Shown here one piece after another: positions 26,464 to 36,975 of a DNA stretch of 64,000 bases. Position 1 is the stretch's first letter. The number at the start of each line of letters is the position of its first letter. The notes beneath the pieces were generated by a model. It made no database searches and was not told the origin of the DNA. It saw only the letters and a program-made list of their open reading frames with translations. The position numbers were made by a program, and so were the translations under genes. The DNA comes from an uncultured bacterium. Its GTDB lineage: Bacteria > Cyanobacteriota > Vampirovibrionia > Gastranaerophilales > Gastranaerophilaceae. Where the stretch lies: positions 2,743 through 66,742 of the forward strand of contig CADAKY010000007.1 in assembly GCA_902788575.1 (NCBI GenBank). The letters are read 5' to 3'.

Positions 26464-28347
26464 GTGGGATTTTTCAGCAGTTTTAAAACTTTTTTAAACA
26501 GAATAGATCAAGTGGAATCATCCGTTTACGGACAAGAATCTTTGCTTGAAGTGTATGAAAAAAATGCAAAACTTGAAGAAGAAATTGCGCAAAGAACCCG
26601 CGAACTTGACAGAGCAAACAAGCAAATGCTTTCACTCCAGCATATCTGGAATATGATGAACTCATCAGAGCCTTTGTCAAGCGTATTAAATGCTATCGTA
26701 AACAGTATTCAAGGCGAACTCGGATATATTTACAGTTTTATTATAAAACCGCAAATTGAGGGAGAAGATAGCTATATACAGATTGCTGCATCCTCAAGAG
26801 ACGATTTTGCAAGAAAATTTGTTAAGCATTTTAATTGCAAAATTTCAGATTACAAAATGCACTACCCCGGAATCGAAGGATTAAAAGAAGCTGTAATTAA
26901 CAATAAAATTTATCAATCACAAAATTTATCAGAGCTTGTTTGCGGATTTTTCCCGAGTTTGGAAAAAGATAATGTTGAAAATTTCTTTAAAGAAGCTAAT
27001 ATGAAATCCTACATATTGTTGCCTTTAATGTCAAAACAAGTGCATTTTGGCTCATTAATAGTATTTTCTTCACGTGAATCCGTAAGTGATACCGAATTAA
27101 ATTTCTTAGGACTTTTTGCAAAACAAATTGAGCTGGCAATAACTATTGCTGACTTGTTTCAGGCTGTTAAAGAACAGGCTATCACAGATAGTATGACGGG
27201 GCTTTATAATCGCAGATATTTTGAAGATTTTATCAAAAAAGAAGCTATTCGTGCTGATAGACAAAACCAAAAGTTTACGGTAATAGGATTAGACCTTGAC
27301 CACTTAAAGCAAATCAACGATGTATACGGACACAACTACGGCGATATTGCAATCAAAGCTATTGCGGAAGTAATAAAAAACAATGCACGTTCTATTGATG
27401 TTGCGGCAAGAATGGGCGGTGAAGAATTTAATATTGTTCTCCCCGGAATTGATTCTGCGGGCGGTCTGGTTGCTGCAGAACGTATCAGAAAAGCTATTGA
27501 AGGTGTTGAACTGGAAAAAATCGGGCATATTACTGCAAGCTTGGGTGTATCTACATATTTTGAACATTCCGAAGATTTGGATGAACTTTTAGAGCTTACA
27601 GATCAAGCAATGTATGAATCAAAGCGCAACGGAAGAAATAGAGTTACGATTGCTAAACCGGCATTTACAACCTCATGGCAGGAAATTGCCATAAAAACAT
27701 TTATTGATATTTTAACAATGCACAGAGTTCCGCTGGATGATATTACGTCAAAATTGCTCACAGAAAAGCTAAAAGAACTAAATAAAGAGAGGTTATATCA
27801 AGTCGCTGATACTCTTGTTTCCACTTATAATCCAGCACACGAAGCAGGAAATGTGAAACTTAAAGTTCAACTGGCTACTTTATTGGCAAAAAGATTCGAC
27901 CTCTCAAAAGAATGCATTGATAATTTAAAAATAGCGGTACTTTTGTATGATATCGGTAATACAATGCTGCCAAAAGAGCTATTAAATAAATCTGAACCAC
28001 TCACGGAAGAAGAAAAAATATCAATAAAACAGCATCCCGTTATTGCTGCAAGAGAAATTCTAAAGCCTATATCAAATATTTCAGACATAATTCCAATTAT
28101 TGAAAAGCACCATGAAAACTGGAATGGAAGTGGATATCCAAATAAGATTTCGGGAGAAGAAATCCCGATTGAATCACAAATAATTTTAATTATTGATTCT
28201 TATTTTGCGCTTTTAGAAAAACGCCCGTACAGAGACGCAAAATCTAAAGAAGATGCAATTATGACCATTATGGGTGAGATTAATTCAAAGTGGAGCGACA
28301 AACTTGCCAAAGAGTTTATAGGAATAGTCAGAAACGATTTAATTTAA
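26464..28347 (+). CDS. GAF-GGDEF diguanylate cyclase fused to a degenerate HD-GYP domain
   Basis: DSMTGLYNRR, INDVYGH..GD, RSID I-site, GGEEF; C-terminal LLYDIG and HHENWNGSGYP. Confidence 0.9.
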   Translation: MGFFSSFKTFLNRIDQVESSVYGQESLLEVYEKNAKLEEEIAQRTRELDRANKQMLSLQHIWNMMNSSEPLSSVLNAIVNSIQGELGYIYSFIIKPQIEGEDSYIQIAASSRDDFARKFVKHFNCKISDYKMHYPGIEGLKEAVINNKIYQSQNLSELVCGFFPSLEKDNVENFFKEANMKSYILLPLMSKQVHFGSLIVFSSRESVSDTELNFLGLFAKQIELAITIADLFQAVKEQAITDSMTGLYNRRYFEDFIKKEAIRADRQNQKFTVIGLDLDHLKQINDVYGHNYGDIAIKAIAEVIKNNARSIDVAARMGGEEFNIVLPGIDSAGGLVAAERIRKAIEGVELEKIGHITASLGVSTYFEHSEDLDELLELTDQAMYESKRNGRNRVTIAKPAFTTSWQEIAIKTFIDILTMHRVPLDDITSKLLTEKLKELNKERLYQVADTLVSTYNPAHEAGNVKLKVQLATLLAKRFDLSKECIDNLKIAVLLYDIGNTMLPKELLNKSEPLTEEEKISIKQHPVIAAREILKPISNISDIIPIIEKHHENWNGSGYPNKISGEEIPIESQIILIIDSYFALLEKRPYRDAKSKEDAIMTIMGEINSKWSDKLAKEFIGIVRNDLI

Positions 28348-28375
28348 CAACATTTTTCCGTGATATAATTTGATT

Positions 28376-28891
28376 ATGATAGAGTTATTAATTTTATTTG
28401 AACTTAACAGAAAAATTTTAACAATGTATGGTGTTTCTAAGTCTATTAAAGAAGACTTTTCTGTTTTAACAACCCCGAGTTACGGTACAATTAAGCCGGC
28501 TCTTAATCGTCTTGAAAGTGCCGGATTCGTACGTACTCAAAAAGAGATGTCAAAAGGCGGAAGACCATCTACATATTATTCAATTACTGATAATGGCGCA
28601 AAAGAATTAAAAAAATTGATTATGTCACAGCCATTAGAAAATCCGATACAATTTCTGCCTTATGCAAGGATAAAACTTGCATGTGCCGATGTTTTAGATA
28701 CCCGAGAACAATTAATGATGCTGGATAGTATTAAACAAAAAGCGGAAAGCATTTTATTAGATGCACAAAATCTGGTGCGTTCGAAAGAACTCTCATTTTA
28801 TCCCAAAATGGTATTCGATAACTTAATTTGTGAATATAAAAATCTAATTTCTTTAATAGAAGGATTTGAACATGCCTGCGCTCGTAAGTGA
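28376..28891 (+). CDS. PadR-family transcriptional regulator
   Basis: TMYGV, PSYGTIKPALNRLE..G, YYSITDNG; probable leaderless start at ATG 28376. Confidence 0.8.
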   Translation: MIELLILFELNRKILTMYGVSKSIKEDFSVLTTPSYGTIKPALNRLESAGFVRTQKEMSKGGRPSTYYSITDNGAKELKKLIMSQPLENPIQFLPYARIKLACADVLDTREQLMMLDSIKQKAESILLDAQNLVRSKELSFYPKMVFDNLICEYKNLISLIEGFEHACARK

Positions 28892-30137
28892 TGTATTACC
28901 TGATTCTATAGCCGAAGAACTTCAAATAGAAAAAGGTGATGTTATTCTTTCTATAGGCGGAATGAAAATGCAGGATATGATTGACTATCGTTATTTATGT
29001 AAAGATGAGGTGCTAACGATAGAAGTCAAAAAAAATAATGGCGAAATTGAAGAAATTGAGCTTGAAAAAGATTATGACGAAGATTTGGGAATTGTTTTTG
29101 AAAGTGCTGTTTTTGATAATGTTAAACCATGTTTAAACAATTGTATATTCTGTTTTGTTGCGCAGCAGCCCGACGGATTAAGAGATACTTTATATATTAA
29201 AGATGATGATTACAGACTCTCATTTTTACAGGGTACTTATATAACAACGACTAATCTTACGGAAAAAGATAAAAAACGTATATCTGATTTGCATTTAGGG
29301 CCTTTTTATATTTCTGTACATGCAACAAATCCGGAATTAAGAGTAAAAATGCTTAAGAACCCTAATGCCGCAAAGATAATGGAGAATCTAAAATGGTTTA
29401 GAGATAACGAGATTCCGTTCCATACTCAAATTGTACTTTGCCCCGGATATAATGACGGAAAAGAACTTGAAAGAACTCTCAATGATTTATCAACTCTGGG
29501 AGAACAGCTTTTGTCCGTTGCAATTGTTCCTGTGGGAGTTACGCAGTTTAGAAAAGACGAATTAAAAACTGTCGATTCTGAAATTGCCGAAGAAACTCTT
29601 AAAATTGCCTCAAAATACGATAAAGTTTGCTGTTCTGACGAATTCTATCTGCTTGCGGGACATGAAATTCCACAATCCGAGTATTACGGAAATTTCTCAC
29701 AACTTGATGACGGAGTTGGGTCTTTAAGAACATTAATAGATGATTTTGATTGCATAGATTTACCTGTAAAAACAGATAAAAATCTTAAAATAGCTTTTGC
29801 CTGTTCAATGGCAGCAAAAAGTGCGTTTGATTATATTAGTGAAAAACTTAATAAAATTGAAAATCTGGAAACAATTGTTTGTCCGGTAAAATCGACATAT
29901 TGGGGCAAAAATATTACTGTCGCAGGATTAATAACTTCGAAAGATTTGATAAATACTATAAAAGACATTGAAGCGGATTATGTTGCAGTGCCTGCAATAA
30001 TGCTAAAACCTTATACTGATTTGTTTTTGGACGGAAAATCTTTAGATTATGTAAAAGAAAAAAGCGGACAAAATATTTTTGTTGTAAAGGATAACTATTC
30101 AATTGCCGAAGTAATTGATTTGATTACAGAATCATAG
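28872..30137 (+). CDS. PDZ/DUF512 radical SAM protein (TIGR03279-like)
   Basis: PDSIAEEL, CLNNCIFC (CxxxCxxC), KDDDYRLSFLQG, QIVLCPGYNDG, ITVAGL. Confidence 0.9.
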   Translation: MPALVSDVLPDSIAEELQIEKGDVILSIGGMKMQDMIDYRYLCKDEVLTIEVKKNNGEIEEIELEKDYDEDLGIVFESAVFDNVKPCLNNCIFCFVAQQPDGLRDTLYIKDDDYRLSFLQGTYITTTNLTEKDKKRISDLHLGPFYISVHATNPELRVKMLKNPNAAKIMENLKWFRDNEIPFHTQIVLCPGYNDGKELERTLNDLSTLGEQLLSVAIVPVGVTQFRKDELKTVDSEIAEETLKIASKYDKVCCSDEFYLLAGHEIPQSEYYGNFSQLDDGVGSLRTLIDDFDCIDLPVKTDKNLKIAFACSMAAKSAFDYISEKLNKIENLETIVCPVKSTYWGKNITVAGLITSKDLINTIKDIEADYVAVPAIMLKPYTDLFLDGKSLDYVKEKSGQNIFVVKDNYSIAEVIDLITES

Positions 30138-30990
30138 CAAGCACCATCAAAATCATTGCGCCGATTTCCATAGCTGTAGACATGTGCTGGCTAAATTTTT
30201 GTGAATCATATTTTTTTGCGGATTTTTTTGCTTTATTAACACTATTTAATCTTTTTATACGGCTTTGTGTGCTTTCGTTTGAGAATTCTGTCCCAAACAT
30301 ATCGTATTCCATTTGTGATAATTCATCATTAAGCTGTACATTATCTGAGATTTCTTCACTGAACCCGCCATAATTTGAATACGGACGAGAATAATTTCTT
30401 TGCCCGAACGGCATTGAGAATCTGTTGTTTCTGATTCCTGATAAATCCATGGAATTTATTGCATTATCGTCATAATAGCTGCCGTCATCCCATTTCGATT
30501 CTTTTTTAGCAATTGTTTGAGGCATCATTTTTTCTTTTATTCTGTCCATTCTTGTTGAATAATCATCTACATCGTATATTTTACCAAACAATTTTTTTTC
30601 TATTGTAACTATACGTGTGTGAAAATCTCTTTTAGGGTAAGTTTTGTTAAAAAGCATTTGTTCAATTTCTTCTACAATCGGATATGAAATGTCGGTATCT
30701 TCAGCAAGTTTTTCTTCTTCAAGAAAAGTATCTTTTGATGGTGGGATTTCCAACCCAATTACATCCGCAGAAATATCTCCCGAAAGTTTTTTTATTCTTT
30801 TCTTAATATCACCACTTTGCGCTTTTCCGTATACGGTTTTTTCTAAGCGTTCGATTCGGTTTTTTTCAGTATCATTTGTATAATCAAATCCAAAAAGATT
30901 ATTTTCAATTTTGCTTATTTCAGTATCGAAATTAGCACCAAATACAGGAATACAAAGGAATATATATAAAATAATCAATATTTTTTTCAT
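30124..30990 (-). CDS. Exported hypothetical protein with internal helical repeats
   Basis: Signal peptide MKKILIILYIFLCIPVFG; recurring E..LFG..Y..D....RI..L. Confidence 0.75.
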   Translation of the reverse strand: MKKILIILYIFLCIPVFGANFDTEISKIENNLFGFDYTNDTEKNRIERLEKTVYGKAQSGDIKKRIKKLSGDISADVIGLEIPPSKDTFLEEEKLAEDTDISYPIVEEIEQMLFNKTYPKRDFHTRIVTIEKKLFGKIYDVDDYSTRMDRIKEKMMPQTIAKKESKWDDGSYYDDNAINSMDLSGIRNNRFSMPFGQRNYSRPYSNYGGFSEEISDNVQLNDELSQMEYDMFGTEFSNESTQSRIKRLNSVNKAKKSAKKYDSQKFSQHMSTAMEIGAMILMVLAMIL

Positions 30991-31144
30991 AGTGATACCA
31001 CCTTCGATACCACTATAAATTTAGTTTAAAGAGTTATCTATTGTACCCTTTATTACAAATAATATTTTTAAAATCGAAACTTATGTATTAAATAATGTTC
31101 ATATAAAGAAAATGTCATTATAAAAAAATATTAGTCTGACTGAT

Positions 31145-32032
31145 TTATTCAAAATGATTGAAAGGTTTTAATTCATCATAGAATTTATATTCGGTTCCGC
31201 TTATATTAACCCAAGCTCCGTCAAATTCCATAGCATTACCAATAATTGTCCCTCCGGAAGATAACGCAACATCTTTCGGCAAAACAGCTAATAATTTATA
31301 ATCTTCTCCGCCAAAAAGTACATCTTCTTTTTGAATAAAAGATTTATGCGGAATTTTATTATAATCAATTTTTAACGTTACTCCGCTTGATTGTGCGATT
31401 TTAAATAATGCATCGCAAAGACCGTCTGAAGTGTCCATCATTGCATAATCTTCTTTTAAATTTTCTCCTAAAAATTTTGAAAATTCGTACTCTAATTCCG
31501 GTTCCAAATGTGATTTAATAAGTGTTGAATTATTTCCTCCGTTTATTAATTCTTTCAACCCTGCAGCACTTGAACCATGTTCGCCTTTAACAACAACTAA
31601 ATATCCTGCTTTAGCATTTTTTCGTGATGAAATTTTTCTGCCCTCAGTTTTTCCTATAGCCGTAATTGAAATCATAATATCATTCGTTGAGCCGGTTATA
31701 TCACCGCCCACTATTTTGGCGCCATATAAAGCCCTATTTGCTCCTTTATAAAAATCCGTAAGTTGATTTGAAGTAATATTTTTTGGTAATGATAACGCAA
31801 TTGTTATATAAGCCGGAATTGCGCCTGACGCCAATATATCGCTTATATTTACAGCAACAGATTTGTATCCCAATTGCTCAAAACTGCACCAATCTCGTTT
31901 GAAGTGTATATTTTCTACCAGACTATCCTGAGTTACAACAATACCAATATCTTTTAAATAAGCGCAATCGTCGCCAATATACTCATTACCTATAATAGCG
32001 GAAATATTATTGATAAAATCAATTTCTTTCAT
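31145..32032 (-). CDS. thiL: Thiamine-monophosphate kinase
   Basis: IGDDCA, DSLVENIHF, AVNISDILASG, GGD, MDTSDGL, GGEDY. Confidence 0.95.
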   Translation of the reverse strand: MKEIDFINNISAIIGNEYIGDDCAYLKDIGIVVTQDSLVENIHFKRDWCSFEQLGYKSVAVNISDILASGAIPAYITIALSLPKNITSNQLTDFYKGANRALYGAKIVGGDITGSTNDIMISITAIGKTEGRKISSRKNAKAGYLVVVKGEHGSSAAGLKELINGGNNSTLIKSHLEPELEYEFSKFLGENLKEDYAMMDTSDGLCDALFKIAQSSGVTLKIDYNKIPHKSFIQKEDVLFGGEDYKLLAVLPKDVALSSGGTIIGNAMEFDGAWVNISGTEYKFYDELKPFNHFE

Positions 32033-32033
32033 A

Positions 32034-35000
32034 TTACACTTCCAGCGGTTTATCTAATGAACGTACCGTAACATCAACAGTATCAGGCATAAATTTATTT
32101 AATTGATGCACAAATTCATTTGATGTACTTACCCAAAAAATAGGAGAAGTTAAAATTTTAGGGCTGTATCCGTCTTGTTCCGGAAGTTTAAACATTACAG
32201 GGTCATCTCCGTGATTATGAGCAAGAATATTTTTTACAGCACATAAATCTTCGTATTTGATTTCTTTTTTTAAATTAACTGTTACTAAATTCGAGCTATC
32301 AACAGATTTTGCTGAATCAATAAGAATGCTTATCTGATTTTCACCTCTATGTTGAACTTTACCCGTGATTACAACTTTATTGTCAGGCATAAGAATTTCT
32401 GCATACTCTAAAAGTTTTTTATGGAAACATACACAATCAACTTTTCCTGTTAAGTCTTCTAATGTAACAAATCTTAAAAATTTTGTAGGGTCTTTTTTTG
32501 TCGGAATCTGTCTTGTAGCCGTTACAAGTCCGCATAAAGTAACAGTTTCTTCTTCTTTACATCCTTCCAATTCTGCAACTCTATGTGTCATAAGGAATTG
32601 CATTTTATCTCTTAGTGAAAAAAGAGGGTGTGAAGTTACATAAAATCCTAAAAACTCTTTTTCAAAAGCTTGAATTTCTTTTTCCGTGTATTCTTCATCG
32701 CTACCGTTAAGCTGATACTGAACATTAGAAAACGCTTCATCATCCCCCATTGCAGCAAACAAACTTACCTGCCCCATGGCTCTGTCTTTAGCTTCTTTAG
32801 AGGTTACATCAATAATATGTTCCATATTTTCAAAAAGCTGTTTTCTGCTTTTTTCAATCGTTGAAAAAGCTCCGGCTTTTATAAGTCCTTCAAGCGATTT
32901 TTTATTTACATACTTAGTATCCAATCGTTTACAAAAATCAAAGATGCTTTTAAATTCACCATTCTCGTCACGTTCTTTGATAATGGCTTCAACTACAGGC
33001 GCTCCTACACCCTTTATTGCTGCCATACCGAATCTTATGTTTTCTCCGTCAGGAGCATATTCCAAATACGATTTATTGACATCAGGAGGTAAAACTTTGA
33101 TTCCGTACTTTTGAGCTTCTTCAATATATAACTGTGTTTGGTCTTTGTTATCAGAAACGGAAGATAATAAAGCTGATAAATATTCAACAGGATAATGGCA
33201 CTTTAAATATGCTGTTTGATAGGCAACAAAAGCGTATGCTGCAGAGTGTGATCTGTTAAAGCAGTATGATGCAAATGCAAGTATTTGGTTAAACAATTTT
33301 TCCGCATCTTCCTTTTTCATATCATGTTTAGCAGACGCTTCAATAAACTTACCTCTTTGTTCTTCCATTGTTTTAAGGTCTTTTTTACCCATCATTCTTC
33401 GCACTTGGTCAGCTTGACCGAGTGAATAGTCCGCAAGAACCTGAAAAACCTGCATAATCTGTTCTTGATAAACAATAGTACCGTATGTATCTTTTAAAAC
33501 TGGCTCTAACAAAGGATGAGCATAAGTAATTTCCTGCAATCCATGTTTTCTGGCAACAAAATCATCTACCATACCTGATCCTAACGGCCCCGGACGGAAA
33601 AGAGCTACCAATGCGCCTAAATCTTCAAAAACGTCAGGTTTCAGACGCTTAACAAGATTCATCATTCCTTGAGATTCAAGCTGGAATACACCTACCGTTT
33701 CTCCTTTAACAAGCATATCGTAAGTAGGTTTATCATCAAGCGGTATATGGTTTATATCCAAATCAACACCACGGTATTTTTTAACCATTTTGACCGTTTT
33801 GGTAATCATTGTAAGGTTTCTTAACCCTAAAAAGTCCATTTTTAACAAATCTAAGACTTCAGTTGCTTCATGTTTAGGATAACCGGTTTGTACAATACCG
33901 TCTTTGGAAGGCTGAACAGGAAGAATCGTATCTAAAGGTGCGTGCGAAATGATTACACCTGCTGCGTGCGTACCCGTACCGCATTTTAAGCCTTCTATTG
34001 CAATTGCCATATCAACCCAACGCTTAAAGCTAATCTGTTTGCCAGTATCAGGATTTAATATCTGATAATCTTCATCATAAAGTTTCCTGAATTCAGACCC
34101 TTCAACTGCAATAATATCTCTGAGCCACTCTGCTTTTGGGTTTTCTGCTCTTGCTACATCAAGCCCAGGTTCTATTAAACCGGTTAGTCGGTTAGCTTCA
34201 ACAAACGGTACTTGCAAAACTCTTCCAACCCCTTTAAAAGCTGCTTTTGGCGCATAAGTAGAGAATGTAATGATTTGACAAACTTTATCCTCGCCGTATT
34301 TTTGAGTTACATAATCAATAACCTCGGAACGCCTTTCAATACAAAAGTCAATATCAATATCTGGCATTGTGAAACGTTCAGGATTCAAAAATCTTTCAAA
34401 CAACAGTTTATGATAAATCGGGTCAATATCTGTAATTTCTAACGCATAAGCAACAACAGAACCCGCAGCAGAACCTCTTCCCGGACCTACAGGAATATCA
34501 TGAGTTTTAGCATAGTGAATGAAATCCCAGGTTATCATAAAATATGCAGGAAAACCCATTTGATTAATTACACCAAGCTCGTATTTTGCACGCTCAATAA
34601 TAGATTCAGGCGGCGGGTCACCGTAACGTTTTTTAAGCCCTTCAAACACTATATGGTGAAGATAATTTTCGATTCCCTGAATATATTTTCCTTCTTCCAA
34701 AACATCTTCGCGCTTTGCATCCTTATGTTTTTTAAGAAGTCTTTCTATAATTTTTTCATCAACGTCATCAGAAGTGAATTCAAATTCTTTTGGTACATCA
34801 TAATGTGGTAAAGGTGCATTATGAAGTTCAATTTCTACATGACATTTATTACAAACTTCCTCAGTATTTGCGCAGCATTCTTCAAAAGTTTCATCATCCA
34901 TCCACGCAAATGCTTTTCTCATCTCATCTTTAGACTTAATATAGAACTCATTATTAGGGAACTTAAAGCGCTTTTCATCATCCTTATTTGCGTTTGTCTG

Positions 35001-35666
35001 CAAGCATAAAAGCGTATCCTGAGCATCAGCATCCTCTCTTCTTAAATAGTGAGAGTCGTTTGTAATAATCATTTTTATACCAAGTTCTTTTGCTATCTTT
35101 ATTAACTCGGGATTCGTGCGTTTTTGCTCATCTAAATTATGATCCTGAAGTTCTATATAATAATCATCACCAAACAGCTCTTTATACTGTTTTGCAACTT
35201 CATAAGCTTTTTCTTTTTCACCTTTTAGTAAATTCTGCAGAACTTCACCGCCTAAGCAGGCAGAAGCACAAACCAGCCCGTTGTGATGCTCTTTCAGTAA
35301 CTCAAAATTTATACGCGGCTTATAGTAAAATCCTTCACACCAAGCTGTGGAAACAAGTTTTATGAGATTTTTATATCCAACATCATCTTTTGCAATCAAA
35401 ATCAGGTGATACAACGGATTATTTGCAGGGTCGTGAACTTTGATATCACCGCTATGTACATAAAATTCACATCCGATTAAAGGGTTTATTCCGTATTTTT
35501 CAGCCAATTCATAAAACTCGACTGCAGAATACATTACACCGTGGTCAGTAACTGCAATCCCCGGTAAGCCGTTATCTGCAGCATACTTGACCAAATCCCC
35601 GATTTTTATCATACCATCAAGGAGTGAATACTCCGTGTGAATGTGTAGTGGAATGAAATTTGCCAT
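32034..35666 (-). CDS. dnaE: DNA polymerase III alpha subunit (contiguous, intein-free)
   Basis: HIHTEYSLLDG PHP domain, GPGRGSAAGS, MPDIDIDF, KMDFLGL, FASYCFNRSH, OB fold. Confidence 0.98.
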   Translation of the reverse strand: MANFIPLHIHTEYSLLDGMIKIGDLVKYAADNGLPGIAVTDHGVMYSAVEFYELAEKYGINPLIGCEFYVHSGDIKVHDPANNPLYHLILIAKDDVGYKNLIKLVSTAWCEGFYYKPRINFELLKEHHNGLVCASACLGGEVLQNLLKGEKEKAYEVAKQYKELFGDDYYIELQDHNLDEQKRTNPELIKIAKELGIKMIITNDSHYLRREDADAQDTLLCLQTNANKDDEKRFKFPNNEFYIKSKDEMRKAFAWMDDETFEECCANTEEVCNKCHVEIELHNAPLPHYDVPKEFEFTSDDVDEKIIERLLKKHKDAKREDVLEEGKYIQGIENYLHHIVFEGLKKRYGDPPPESIIERAKYELGVINQMGFPAYFMITWDFIHYAKTHDIPVGPGRGSAAGSVVAYALEITDIDPIYHKLLFERFLNPERFTMPDIDIDFCIERRSEVIDYVTQKYGEDKVCQIITFSTYAPKAAFKGVGRVLQVPFVEANRLTGLIEPGLDVARAENPKAEWLRDIIAVEGSEFRKLYDEDYQILNPDTGKQISFKRWVDMAIAIEGLKCGTGTHAAGVIISHAPLDTILPVQPSKDGIVQTGYPKHEATEVLDLLKMDFLGLRNLTMITKTVKMVKKYRGVDLDINHIPLDDKPTYDMLVKGETVGVFQLESQGMMNLVKRLKPDVFEDLGALVALFRPGPLGSGMVDDFVARKHGLQEITYAHPLLEPVLKDTYGTIVYQEQIMQVFQVLADYSLGQADQVRRMMGKKDLKTMEEQRGKFIEASAKHDMKKEDAEKLFNQILAFASYCFNRSHSAAYAFVAYQTAYLKCHYPVEYLSALLSSVSDNKDQTQLYIEEAQKYGIKVLPPDVNKSYLEYAPDGENIRFGMAAIKGVGAPVVEAIIKERDENGEFKSIFDFCKRLDTKYVNKKSLEGLIKAGAFSTIEKSRKQLFENMEHIIDVTSKEAKDRAMGQVSLFAAMGDDEAFSNVQYQLNGSDEEYTEKEIQAFEKEFLGFYVTSHPLFSLRDKMQFLMTHRVAELEGCKEEETVTLCGLVTATRQIPTKKDPTKFLRFVTLEDLTGKVDCVCFHKKLLEYAEILMPDNKVVITGKVQHRGENQISILIDSAKSVDSSNLVTVNLKKEIKYEDLCAVKNILAHNHGDDPVMFKLPEQDGYSPKILTSPIFWVSTSNEFVHQLNKFMPDTVDVTVRSLDKPLEV

Positions 35667-35718
35667 AATATTAATCTACCACAGATTGATATTAAGGTTT
35701 GTAAAATTTTATTATTTA

Positions 35719-36975
35719 TTACAAATTTTTAATATATTTAGCAACGCCTTCACCCATGGAAAAACAAGACGGTATAATTCTTAGAGCCGCTTGCGCCTCA
35801 AAATCAGCAGAAATACACCTACCAACCACAAAAAGTCTGTCATCTGCAATTAATGATTCGACCGGAAGCTGATATTCCTGATAAACTCTTTCGAGTGTTG
35901 AGCTGTCCTTTTTATCGGAATGTATGTCAATCGGATAATTTGAAATAACTACCGGATTTTTGAATTTTTTACCGGATTTTAAATCCTCCTGAGTGTATAT
36001 ATACTTGCATTTTACCCTTTTAGAAACCCGAACTCCCAGTGAGGAAGCTATAGAAGAAATATAAGCATTTTCAAATCCTTTAAGGTATTTTTTACAAAAT
36101 TTTGATAACCGCAAAACGCTTTTTCTGCCTGAAATATAGGCTTCTGTACGGCTTATATTCGCGTCAAGTATACGAGGACAGTTAAAAGCAATGCTGTCAG
36201 GGGCTCCAGCTAGTGAAAATAGTTGAAAATAATTACTGTCCTCTACTGTAATAACACCATCTTCTATACCCTTTGAAAATAAGGGTTTTAATGCCCACTC
36301 AACATTGCTATCCCAAGTGTAAGCAGTAGAACAATATACCTTACCATCTATTGTACATGATGTAGTAACATCACGGTTTTTGTCGTACTCCATTATCCAT
36401 TTTGCAAATTTATTTGAATCAACACCTGACATAATAAATCTTAAATTTATCGGCTGATATTTATTTTTATTTTCTAAAAATTCACAATTTAATTTTTCAC
36501 AAATTTTTGCATCACCTGTCGCATCTATTATATATCTCGTCTCGATAGGTAATGATAAATTCTTATTGCCTTGAAAGGAAATATTATCACTCTGTATCGT
36601 AACGATATATGATGATAATTCTTTATCTATTTTATCTACTTCATGCTCAAATATGATTTCAACACCTGCAGAAGTTAATAAATCATCCAAAGCAATTTTA
36701 ACTAACTCCGGATTAAACCATCCTCTGTTTCCATCAGAATAAGTTATTGCGCCGCCTATTGATTCCAATTTCTTATATAAGGCGTCAAAAAATTCAGTAT
36801 TAATGGCATTTTCACTTGTTTTCATAGCAGGAACAACAAGTGAAGACGTTATAGAACCACCTAAAAACGAAATTTTTTCTATCAAAATAGTCTTCATTCC
36901 AAGCTTTGCTGCCATATATGCAGCTGCAGAGCCAGCTGTTCCACCGCCTGCAACTAATACATCATATTTCATCAT
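35719..36975 (-). CDS. FAD-dependent oxidoreductase (FAD_oxidored/PF12831-like)
   Basis: YDVLVAGGGTAG, IDATGDA, VVGRCISADFEAQAALRI..CFSMGEG. Confidence 0.88.
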   Translation of the reverse strand: MMKYDVLVAGGGTAGSAAAYMAAKLGMKTILIEKISFLGGSITSSLVVPAMKTSENAINTEFFDALYKKLESIGGAITYSDGNRGWFNPELVKIALDDLLTSAGVEIIFEHEVDKIDKELSSYIVTIQSDNISFQGNKNLSLPIETRYIIDATGDAKICEKLNCEFLENKNKYQPINLRFIMSGVDSNKFAKWIMEYDKNRDVTTSCTIDGKVYCSTAYTWDSNVEWALKPLFSKGIEDGVITVEDSNYFQLFSLAGAPDSIAFNCPRILDANISRTEAYISGRKSVLRLSKFCKKYLKGFENAYISSIASSLGVRVSKRVKCKYIYTQEDLKSGKKFKNPVVISNYPIDIHSDKKDSSTLERVYQEYQLPVESLIADDRLFVVGRCISADFEAQAALRIIPSCFSMGEGVAKYIKNL

